From Macrostomum lignano (Eukaryota), in contig NIVC01000665.1 in NCBI GenBank assembly GCA_002269645.1, forward strand, positions 310,001 through 374,000: a stretch of 64,000 nt of DNA, in the 5' to 3' direction. A program made the position numbers and the translations under genes. A model generated the notes under the pieces. The model was not told the DNA's origin and searched no databases. It saw nothing but the letters and a program-made list of their open reading frames with translations. Below, in pieces: positions 1-11,100 of this stretch. Each line of letters starts with the position of its first letter. The first letter of the stretch is position 1.

Positions 1-25
1 AAAGATGCGCGAACCCGTTCTCCAG

Positions 26-3000
26 ACGGCACCATCCGAGCCGTGGCGAGCGTCATCCGCGACCGGGTTGGCGGTGACCAGCTGGCCAGGCAGTTCGGCA
101 GCAGCCTGGGCATCGGGCTCACCCACTGCAGGTTCGCCGGACGGCCCTGCTCGCTGCTCAACTTCCAGACGATGCTCCATCCTCAGCTGGGCGCCTGCCA
201 CTGGTTCAACAAGTCGAACTTTGCCGAGCTTCTGTCCACTAGCAAGGCCACGGATGCTCGTCTGACGTTCAGCTACTTCACGGACTCAACTGACACCTAT
301 GGAAGCCAGTTCGCCAACATGAGCAAGACGGCCGCCATCCTGAACTCGGGGCTGCTGGAGTCAGGCGATGCCGAGAGTGCCATGCGGGTGAGACGGCTGT
401 GGAATATGCGAGCACAATGCCATCGAATTGAGAGTGCATCCTGCACTTACCACATGTAGATAGACTGGGCCTTTTGCTAGCTAATGATACTACTATTCTT
501 CAGGGGTCTGTTCAGAGTTTTTTGCACATACTTATTGCAAAGCGCCATCTCTGAGCTCTCATTGGCCACGAGCTTTGTCTATGGCCAAATCCGACAGATC
601 TTGACGCTTCTTTATTGCATCGATGTAAATTGTACAAATATCGCATATTGCCTGTCCAAAGTCTCAAAATCAAGTTTTATGAAGTCTATTTTAATCTAAT
701 GTCAATCTAATCTAATCTAATCTACGAATCTAATCTCAGTCTAATCTAATATAATCTAATCTAGTCTAATCTAATCTAATCTAATCTAATCTAATCTAAT
801 CTAATCTAATCTAATCTAATCTCATCTAATCTCAGTATAGTCTAATCTAATCTAATCTAATCTCATCAAATGTCAATCTAAGCTCAGTCTAATCTACTAA
901 TATAATCTAATCTAATCTAATCTAATCTAATCTAATCTAATCTAATCTACTAATCTAATCTAATCTAATCTAATCTAATCTATTCTAGTCTCAGTATAGT
1001 CTAATCTAATATAATCAAATCTCATCAAATCTCAATTTAATCTAATCTAATCAAATCTCATCAAATGTCAATCTAATCTAATCCATTTGAACCTCATCTC
1101 ATTCAGGTGGCATTCGTGCCCACAGGCCAGTACCCGCGCCTCTCCGACACGGTGGCGGTGAGCCCCGGCCAGCACGCGGAGCTGAAGCTGCGCTATGACC
1201 GCAGCGTCCGGTACCCGAAGCCCCCCGGCCAGCCGTGCGCCCGGACTCTGCCGGCGGTCAGCTACGCCCTGCCCACCTGGAACACTAGCTGGAAATATGT
1301 TGCTCGACTGCCATGGTGATTGACATGATTCAGCAGCTGTCATAGTGTGCACTATTGCAATAGTTTTGCCTTTAGAACGGTGGAATCTGAGTTTATGACA
1401 ATGACCACATGGTTTTACATAGACACTGCACATAGCAAAATGACTTAAGGTACATAGAGAAATATTAATTTTCAGTAGTTGAAGCAAAACTAAAAGATGT
1501 GAGTCACAAGCTTGAGCAGTCAGTTCTAGATTCTTCTTCTTCTTCTTCATCAGTTCTAGATGTAGACATAGGGCCTGTCTGTGCGCCTACTTTCCAATAT
1601 TTTTCTTCAAGTTTCTTGAAAATTGGTCCGTCGTTCGCGCAGGGACACCTCAATCAACCTGGCCATGCTGTACTCAACACCAAATTGGATTGATAAAATC
1701 GAAATTCTGAAGACGATCTTGGCTGCGAAGGAGACTGGCACGTGAGTGAAAGAAATGATTTTATAGTGAATGAGTTTTTTAGCACTAAAATCACAATATC
1801 TCTCCCCTTCTGGAATTTTGAACTACAAACTGAACAAGTGTCTCTCCTGTCTGATCCCTTAGCTACCTATGACTTAGCTGCAGGGGGGTTCCGGGCATCC
1901 GGATGCAGCGAGGAGGCGTTGGCGCTCATTCCGCTAATCCCTGGCGACCACGGGCAGCTGGTGCTGCGGTGTCGCGCATGAAGATCTGTGGTGCTGGTGC
2001 CAGCAGCGTCGTCCCCCTCCGGAGAGTCCAGGAGGTGGATGTTCGCTCGCCCGGTAGCTCTTAGGTAGCGGACGAGCTGGCAGAGATTCTCGGGCCTGAA
2101 AACGTCAGAAAGGTCCGGGTTTGGGCCGAAGTAGGTGAGCCTGTCCCGTTTAATCCGAGTGGTGACAACAGGGGTGGGGGTTGGGACCTTCGTCGGCACC
2201 TGACGCTTCTGGCCAATGCGTGGAGTCCGATCTGGCATTCGCAGAGTTGCCGGCACCCTACTCAGAGGCGGCAGATGAGGCGGCTTCCGCTTCCGCTGTT
2301 GTTCTGTCGGCTTAATTCCTGGAAGCGAGCGATGCTTTAGACCTTGATACAGGCCTGGATGTGGAGATCGGGCAGACTCAAGGGCACCAGAACAAGTTCC
2401 AGTGCTGCAAAATGTCCACTTGTTCCAGCGCGTTCCAGCAGCATCAAGGGACGCGGTGGTTGTACGTTGGTTACTAAATAGATCGCCAAAAAGTAGATGT
2501 GGGCAAGGTGAGAGACTAATGGGCTGTAAACCCAAGCCCAACTGCCAGCCAAAAATTAGGACCGAGAAACTCCCCGGTTGAGAGCCCAGCTAAAGGTCCA
2601 TCAACGCGGTGCTACACTCGGCCCCTTGAGAGAGACTAGGAGGCTGTCACCGGAGCCTACGGACTGGCCGCATACCCGTTAAGCTCAGAGGTTACCTGCT
2701 CCTCAGAGCCGTTGCTAAAGCTACCTGATGCGCACAGATGCATTTCCGGGTAGAACCAGTTCCCAACACGGCCAAGACAGAGAAGCCGAGACCCCGGATG
2801 GGAGCCCCCAGTCAGTCCAGCAGTCCTAGAGCTGCCTGTAAAAAATGCTCGGCTTTGAGAAAGTTCTCCTACCATTCCTGCACCGGATCGATGGCGGTGC
2901 AGGTGTGTAGCATTGCAAACCTTAACTCGTAAGCCTGGTCTAGGCGTACTGAGCCCACCGTGGGTCAGTTAGTATTTGTTTTCTTTTTTGTTTAACATAG

Positions 3001-4091
3001 CTAAAAAGTTAGCCAAATGATAAACAAATGCTTTGACCTGCATGTACAGAACTGAGCAAAGCGATTGATCTTTAAGATACCTTTGAACTACAAAATTCCC
3101 CAACTCAACCAACATCCTCACGCTCAGCCGTCCCACTGGCGACTCCGTTCGATTCGAATCGGCCACTCAGGAAGACTGCATCTTCGCCTACAAAGTGCGC
3201 CAGTTTCTCAACCAGTGCGGCTGCCTGCCCTCCTTCCTGCCCATCCCAGTGGAGCTGAAGACCAGCGGGCGAGCGTTCTGCTTCGGCGAGCCGGCGGCCA
3301 GCTTCGGAGGCGCCGAGCAGCTGGACAAGTTGGAGCTGTGCGTCAGGGAGCAGATCCGCCTGCAGGCGCGTCACGAGCGGGACGCCAGGCGCTCCGAGTG
3401 TCCGCCACCCTGCGAGACTCGCGCCTACTCGCTGCGCCAGGCCGCCTACCCGTGGCCGGGCCTGACCACCGAGAATGCGCACAGATTCCTCATGGGCAGC
3501 CTGGGCGGCTGGTCCTATCCCTACAACTTCCTGCGGTCTCGTGGCATTGCAAGCCTCTACTATGCCTACCTGAGGTCCTACGACTATTCTGTGCTCAATA
3601 AGAGAGTGTACGATGCCTTCCATATGCAGACCTTTGATCAGGAGGTGCGCATGGTGGAAAGGCGACTAGTCAAGGCCACGGTGCAGGCGGCCAGCGACTT
3701 TGGACAGGATGTCACCGAGGAGCCGTCCTACACCATCAAGAACCTCATGGCAGACCTGGGAGGTGAGTCTGGCTCTGGCGACAAAGTTCCTGGGGGTTCG
3801 AAGCCACATAAATTTGCAGTCTGCTTTTACTTGCTAGATTTATTGTAAACACTCAAAACATTTCAACCCGCTGCCGCAGGCGCCCTCGGCCTCTGGTCGG
3901 GCGTCTCAGTCCTGACCGTGTGCGAGCTGATCGAGCTGGCTGCCCGCATCATCGCTCTCGCCGTCCATCGCCGTTTTCACCGAGGCGTGACGGCGACCTC
4001 GCTGTATCAGCAGTCAGCTGAGGCCAGCAGGCCAGCAGCCAACGAAGATAAAAAAGAGCTTGGCTCTTCGACAGCTGATGAGAGAGTTTAA
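26..4091 (+). CDS. DEG/ENaC (amiloride-sensitive Na+ channel / ASIC superfamily) paralog A, 3' part; the 5' exons lie upstream of the window
   Basis: Exons 26-387, 1107-1315, 3128-3762 and 3880-4091 have GT-AG boundaries and consistent phases (1/0/2/1). They encode HCRFAGRPC...GACHWFN (palm), a Cys-rich thumb (QCGCLP...CPPPCET) and TM2 [26 protein letters not shown], ending in TAA at 4089-4091. Confidence 0.92.
697..1085. repeat. (TCTAA)n pentanucleotide microsatellite in a gene A intron
   Basis: Direct reading of the sequence. Confidence 0.95.
1860..2150 (-). mobile_element. 3' fragment of a non-LTR retrotransposon
   Basis: DRLTYFGPN...[15 protein letters not shown] plus the downstream 3' UTR are shared with 27690-28015. 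Confidence 0.6.
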
Positions 4092-4099
4092 AGCACCAG

Positions 4100-4205
4100 A
4101 CTGAGATTCCATCCAGTGAGATCCCATCCAGTGAGATCCCATCCAGTGAGATCCCATCCAGTCAAATCCCATTCAGTGAGATACCATCCAGTGAAATCCC
4201 ATCAA
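4100..4205. repeat. 15-bp tandem repeat (gagatcccatccagt) just after the gene A stop
   Basis: About 7 copies. Confidence 0.9.
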
Positions 4206-5799
4206 ACTGAGTAGCTAGCTATAAAACCAGATCTCATAATATAAATATAATATCACAACAGTTTTAAAACCAATCATAGCTACCTGTAACTAAAAGTTCA
4301 TATGACATACTGAATGTTGTGTCGTGCACTTTCGCAGTGCAAGTGCACCTTGCCCTCCCAGACGGGTTGAGTCACCCCTGTTCGCATCCATTTTTTGTTA
4401 TCACACCCTTCGCGTATGCCGCAGCCAGTGGCTTAAGTCTGGTATTAGTTCTCTCGCCCTGCGCTGCGATTGGTTGGGCCAACTCAGCCGTGTTAGCGAT
4501 TGGCGGAGCCTGGCGGCGGGTTTGGTGCTGCCGTCCCCGGGCGGGGTGGTTGGCTCGGGGTTGGTGGGGTGGTGGGGTGGAGAGCGTGTGGCCACCTCCC
4601 CCCCCTGCGCGGGCGTGTGCTATTTAGCATCGCTCGCAGCGGGTTGGGGCGGTGCGGTTCTTGGCTATCCCTCGCTCTTACTACTCTGAAATTCAACCGG
4701 CTAACTAGCCAAACTAGCTAGACGGCTCCCTACTGCCAAGGCTACGGCCATACTGCTGCACAGCAAAATAAATCAAGAAAGGCCACCAATTCGTACCGGC
4801 CCTGGGCGACAGCCGCCAGTTGAGTAAGTGCGCACTCTGCCTTCCTTATTTCGGTTGCCTAGGGGGTGAAAGAGAGTCCGTGTGTCCTGACGCCGACTCG
4901 GCTCGATTAGAGGGGGACGTCGGTAAGGTACATATCGTACGTACATACTTCTGTACGCCAGCCAGCGCGTCCCGACGCCTCGCTGAAGGCGGCCGACACC
5001 ACTGCGTCCCGAAGGCTGCGTGGGCGCGTCCTGACGCCCCAGACTTTGGGATTGCTCGCCCTAGCGCCCGAGCGCAGGCTAAGCAAGGACCCGCCATTAC
5101 ACAGTACTGTACTCTGTAGTACCACCCTACTGCCGGGCCGGGGGCTGCAGGGATACAACATTAAAAAAATTACTTGAGTCCATTTTTCCATAGGAATATG
5201 ACTGCTGTTTTTATTTCAACTTTCATTTCAAAGACTTTTTATTTCAAAGAACCGTACGGAAACAACAACATCCTGGTGAACTGCTCTCCGGGTACCAAAG
5301 GTCAGGCGATTGCAGCTTGGGTGGCTCCGTGACTAACGGCGATAACAGGGCCCAAGAGTTGCAGTCGTCAGATTGGTGTGGCTTGGAGAGTGCCACGCCT
5401 CACGCCGACAAAAGTCGAGGCGAGACAAGACAAGACAACAAAAACAACTACAACAGCAATAACAACAAGATGAACCAAGCTTCCTTTTCCTGAGAATCAT
5501 TTACACTTTACAAAAAGTAACCCTGGATGTAGTCAGAAATCTGCAGGAAAGTACATTACAATCAAACCTAGTTAGAAAATCTAGTTTTACTAATCAATTT
5601 CGTCAACAATTTGTACTCCCTTTGTGCTCACAAATATTTAGGTCACCAAGCTTAGGCCTTGCAATGTCTAGAATTAACTTGATGTCGACCCCTCCCAAGC
5701 AGTCGGGCAGCTGGACAAAACTTCCGGGTTGTAAATATTCCACAAATTCCACAATTACAGAAGCAGTATGAACTGACACAGAGTTAAATATGACCATAA

Positions 5800-6108
5800 G
5801 GGGTTGTAGCCTGTGGTTAGACCGTCGGACTCACGACTGAAAGGTCGGGGGTTCAATTCTCGACCACTCGGAACATCTTGTGCTTAAGACACTTAACTCT
5901 ATATTGCTTCAGTTAACACAGCTGTAAAATGGATACCAGTACTAGCTGGGGTAATTGAGGGTGTGTGTGGTGACCACCCAGTCATTGGACTGAACAGCCG
6001 TACGCAGCCTTCAGATGCGCCGCGCGATCGCTGCAGCTGAGCTGTTGGTTGCATATATGCCCATTGGGCAGGTGTAATCAATTACTCGTATTACCTTGTT
6101 ATTATTAT
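5800..6108 (+). mobile_element. tRNA-derived SINE family 2 with a CORE-like central domain and (TTA)n tail
   Basis: tRNA-like head (B-box ggttcaattc) followed by aagacacttaactct...gcttcagtt...cagctgtaaaatgg, which resembles the CORE domain. Reverse copies lie at 14757-15056 and 39894-40174. Confidence 0.75.
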
Positions 6109-7118
6109 ATGACCACGTTACGGAAATACAATTGCTTCTATTCAAATAGTTTAATGTACTCGCGTACACCAGCAGTTCCTCACCGAGCAGCATACGCCCA
6201 GAGACCTGTGGCTGTGCATCTCCCAGCTCTTACTCAGCTCTCAGTCTCACGGATGCGTCAGCTAAATGAATCCTCGACATTCACATTTGGATTTTAACAA
6301 AGCCGCTGTAACTTTTCTTTACTTGAATGAAACGCTTTGAAATTTTACACATATTTCGAGTCAACCAAGTTGAAAAACGGCATAAAAGAACTTGACATTT
6401 GAAAAACGCTTCTACGTATAAAGTTTAAAGCCTGTACGAGTTATTTACCTGTAAATTGTTTCTTTATGTGCGAAGCATCATGACGAGTTCAAACTTGTGA
6501 TTCTACGCCACTCCAGCTTTTCTGCTAATTCGCAAAAGTACATTTGGACTAAAATACACAATTATGCTGTGACACCAGAAAAGCTGGTGTGCCAACGCTG
6601 CCGATCGAATGAAGAATTCAAATTCGACGACTGAGACCAGGGTTCGAATATTCGGAGTTTTAGATATTAAAATGTTAGAATAATTATATTAGAATATTAT
6701 AAGGTACCTGTAGCATGATACGTGGCTCCCCGCTGCAGGTGGCTTTTCAGCTTAAGTTGATAATCAACTTCGGACGTAGCATCCATGGACTGGCAATAAG
6801 CATCTGGAAACCATGGAGCTCACGTGCCCTCATATTATTCTTAGTAGTATGTATACTATGACTTAGTAGTCTGTACGTACGCTGAGCGTATCTTTGTCAG
6901 TCGCAACCACAAAGGATCCACGGCTGAAAAGTCCTCTGGTTGGTGTAGCAGACTCTAAATGAACGCCCAAGCAGAGTCCCATCTTCGACTTCCCGGGTAG
7001 CTCAAACAACTCCCGATCATCAGGGCCCGCCGAGTATAAGAGTTGGAAGTGATAATGTGCCCGCTCATAACGGGTAGTGGCAGCCTCCCAAAGGGGTCCG
7101 TAAAAAGTCTCTCCCTCA

Positions 7119-7464
7119 TTTTTTTAGAGGCAGGGGGGTTGTGTGCACCCTGGCGCACTTTAAGCGACATAGGCACACAACCGGAGAGAGGCATTACTGC
7201 CCATTCCGCCGACTCCCCTGAGCAGGCACACAAGCGCGCGGATACGTACGCAGGCACACACTCACACAGGAGTGTACAGCGGCCCTAACTTTATATTATC
7301 GTTAGGCATGTACACTTCACTGCGCCTTGGGGGGGTTGGCTCTCAAGGCCGTTAATTGCACGAGCAGAGCCAAGCCGAGATTCCAATTCGGCCCCAAATG
7401 AATGTGACTGCACTTGGAATCGAGCCAGGGTCGCTGGCACACCAGAGCCTGCGCTAGACCGCTG
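7119..7464 (-). mobile_element. tRNA(His)-derived SINE, family 1
   Basis: Reverse complement of the 24929-25289 copy, with a poly(A) tail at 7119 and a B-box GGCTCGATTCC. Confidence 0.8.
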
Positions 7465-8122
7465 AACGTTACCTAAAAATCCTAAAGAAATTGAGGTGCA
7501 TTACTGAACTCTCTACCATTGTCGGGGAAAAGGTCCTACACAACTGCAGCTTGTCCTGTGCTGACTCTGTGGTGGTCGCAACTCTCATCCTGCATTTCTA
7601 GAGCAGCTCGGAGCTGCCACCCAATCACAGTCAGATCTGCTGGGGCTGCGGCTTAATTTTTTCATAGTTAATTCGCTCAATATGTCTAGTGCTGTGTTGG
7701 ATACACCAGTTATTTATCGGAGGTGCCGCTTCCCAGCCGTTTCTATATGCCGTGTAGATTGGGTAGTTTTGAGACTTACGAGCTAGATAGCAGAAATTAA
7801 ACGCCAAACTTATTTTTATGAGCGGCTAGTTAGTTATACAGCCTCATGCCGGGGTTGAGGAAGCTGGAAATTTCGTGAATACAATTTATAATTTCAACCC
7901 CCTGTTTAATTAACTGCATACTGTTGAGCTCATGAGGTCAGATGTATCTTGACAAACAAAACTGCACGAATGCTGGTTTTAAAAATGGCGGTAATTAGCC
8001 AGCTGCATGTGTAGTGCTGCGTAAATACTGAGCATCTGGCTGCCCAGCTCACAATCTATCTGTTGAAGTGACCAGCTGTTGGACTTTGCAGATAGATATA
8101 CCTCAATAAGAAAAATCTACTC

Positions 8123-11100
8123 ATGTCCGAGAGGAGCAACGAAGCATCTGACGGTAGCGGCCTTCGCAGCTACCTGAATGAGTTCTGCAACTACACCACC
8201 GCCCACGGACTGGGCAGATTCGGGGCCCAGGCCAGCAACTTCGGCAGAACCCTGTGGCTCTGCTTCCTGCTGGGCACCTACGGCGGGTTCACCTACCACA
8301 TGTACACTCTGGGCCTGCAGTTCGCCAGCGTGCCGCTCTCCACCAGCCTGTCCACCTCGCTGCCGTTCGAGTTTCCCGACGTGTACTTCTGTCCCACCGA
8401 CACTGTGACCATGAGCCGAGCCAGTCCTCAGGTGGACATCTTTTCCCTGACCCGGCGGATCACCTGCGACTCCGACTGCAAGCGACAGATGAAGTTCGAC
8501 GTTTTCAGATCGGACGCCGTTCAGTACGGCGTGCCCGCCGTGGAGCTGCTGGATGCGATTACGGCTGTGGAAGAGAACGTGACTGATGCACTGCATTATG
8601 ACAACACCTGTAAGTGTGCATTGAGTAGATAACAGAAGTGCACTCTTTGCCTTTCGGAAGGCCTGGAAGGAGGTCTTCATCGGCAGCGGCAGTGCTCAAG
8701 CCCAAATCATGCACATGAAATAAGATATAATGAAAATACGAAGTAAGAAATAATGGACACGAGGATTCCTGAACCATAGACAACTAAACTCGAAGGACGC
8801 AACACTCGAAAATAGTTCAGAATTCGCTGGAGACTGGTTTTCGCTGCAAATTCGATTTGCAGATTGCAAATGAAGCCAGTGTTGTACGAGGTTCTTGTAG
8901 TTTCTGCTACCGTCCGCAGACGGGGTGATCGGGGTTTCGGGTACTGCATGGACTGTCCAGAGCCTGCCGAGTGTGATAGGAGGGGACCCCTAGGCGCACA
9001 AACACTGCGGGGCGGAAGTGGATGGGCCGGGAGCGTACTGACACTCCTACAATCCTACAAGAGGGAGGTGAGATCCGGGCAAGGGCCGTGCGCGCGCATA
9101 AACACTGCAGCACTCAGTGAAAGCGGGGGCTGGGTGGAGCTAAGCCACGCGGGCTGGGGGAGGGGGCAAAACTCACAGAGTTGAAGGGCGAAAGAGAGAG
9201 AGGGGGAAGCCAATCCAAAGACATGATTGGACTGGCCCAAACCAGAGAGGAACTGAAAGGGGCAGCCAATTTAAGTACAAACTACGAGAAATCTTAAACG
9301 AAAACAAGAATGGCAACTTCAGACAGGGGCAGTCTAGAATGAGCCAGCGGCAGGGAGAGGAGAGGCGGAGAGCGCAAGGGTCGGGCTATAAGGGCATTGT
9401 GAAGCGCAGCTGACAACACAAGTATGAGTTTCATTTGAGACACGTTCGTTGCTGTTTCATCATGCCATCTTGGACAACTTCAGAGATTCGCAGACTGCCT
9501 GAAAAGTCATTTTTTTCAAAAAACTTCCGACTGGTAATTTTCGTCCAGGCTTGTCCCGAACAGTGGGGGAAAGCATCAGGAGTGTTTAGTAGTCCCTGAG
9601 TGCGGGTTTCTGTGTCGGTACACGGGGTTTACGTCAGAACTCGGGACGGGACCTAGTCCGGGGCCTGGCGGTCTTTATTTTTATCAAATTCGACCCCTCT
9701 TCCGTTGCAGTGCCTTTGAACGTGTGCCGAATAACTCCGGGTGGAGAAGAGTACCGCGGCAACCTGTCCCGGGTGCCCGTGTTTGATGCTTCCATCATTG
9801 TTACAAAAATAAAAATGTACTTTCTGTTTTTTTATTATACACATTTCCAGTGGAAAGACCAGCCGCCCCATGTGAGCTACAGCGACTGCATCGGCTGGAA
9901 TGAGGCCGCCAGGGAGCTGCAGGCGGCCGGACTGCACCAGCTGGCTGGCAGAATCCTCGCCGCTGGCTTCGCCGACAGCCACCGAAGCTGCAGGCAGCCG
10001 CCCGGCCTGCCGCTCACCGCCTTCCACAACAATGCGACGCGTGAGTGGCCAAGAAATGGCATTTTAAAAGTTCTACTTGTATCACGGATATGATAATAAA
10101 TAGATTGGTACGTAGTTCAGTTGAAGCATTTTAATGTTCTTTCGGACATGACGGTGCTCCTGAACAGACATAGAGCAACTCAGGCTCACAAAATCCAAGC
10201 CAACGTTTTCCTGCGCACCTTCTCAAAGAAGAACCAAGACGCCAGCCCTTCAGAACGTCGAGATATTCAACGATCCACCCAGACACTTGAATTTTTCCAT
10301 AAGCGCCTGTGCGTATCTCACTGCTGGGTATCCTCAACGAAGTTCACAAGAATTCAGTCATCCCCCAAAGCTTTCGGTGTTTCAGCAGACGACACCAGGT
10401 GACAAAGTTTGAGTATCCGAGTATTAGGCTAACTCGTTGAATATCTCGACGGTCCGGAGGGCTGGTGACTTGATTCTTGCTTAGGAAGGTGCGCAGCAAA
10501 AAGTTGACTCAAGTGTCCTCAAATTTCGTGCGTCTTAGTTCCGTGCGGCGCAGCAATAAAAAGGGCAATTCCTCCTTTGAATGAAAACTCACATTCCTAC
10601 CTTCCAGCTTAACCCCTCCAATCCCAGCCTCACCGCCCAATCTTCATTGTCTGCTTCGGTGTTCCAGCCTCAAGCCTCCTTGCATATTTTTAGTTGTGCT
10701 GTCTGACGTACTCAAAAATTACGTACAGCTTCACTAATATATTTTAGTCTCGCTAAGATATTTACCGGTACTTCTCGTCAACAATAGCTCACGCATTATT
10801 CCTTGCTACTGAATTGAAAGCAGATTTCTGCAACCGGGTGTTCAAATGCAGGTCCGCTGCAAAATTACGTCGGTTGCTGGCCCGCAAGCGACGCACGAGG
10901 CACAGGGCTGCGGCAGCACAAGTGCCTGAGCGGCTTCATGTTTGACCAGCTCCGGCTCGGCCTGTGCGCCGAGTGCTGCTACAACGCTGCCTACAGCTAC
11001 ATGAGCCTGCTGGCTGGCGACACCTGCTACTGCGGCAACGAGCTGCCTGGCAACGACAGCCTCAAGCAGAAGAACTCTGCCTGCGGAGTTCGCTGCCCAG

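Noticed and set aside
3105-3623. Antisense and alternate-frame ORFs over channel, ECM29 and FMO exons (e.g. 3105-3623, 8117-8680, 36139-36645, 39117-39521)
   Set aside because: They are shadow ORFs expected in GC-rich coding DNA and show no independent motifs.
4330-5200. GC-rich segment (a similar one lies at 16950-17295) giving several overlapping Gly/Pro-rich ORFs
   Set aside because: No protein motifs. It is probably a non-coding part of a mobile element, but I could not define termini or a TSD, so it is not called.
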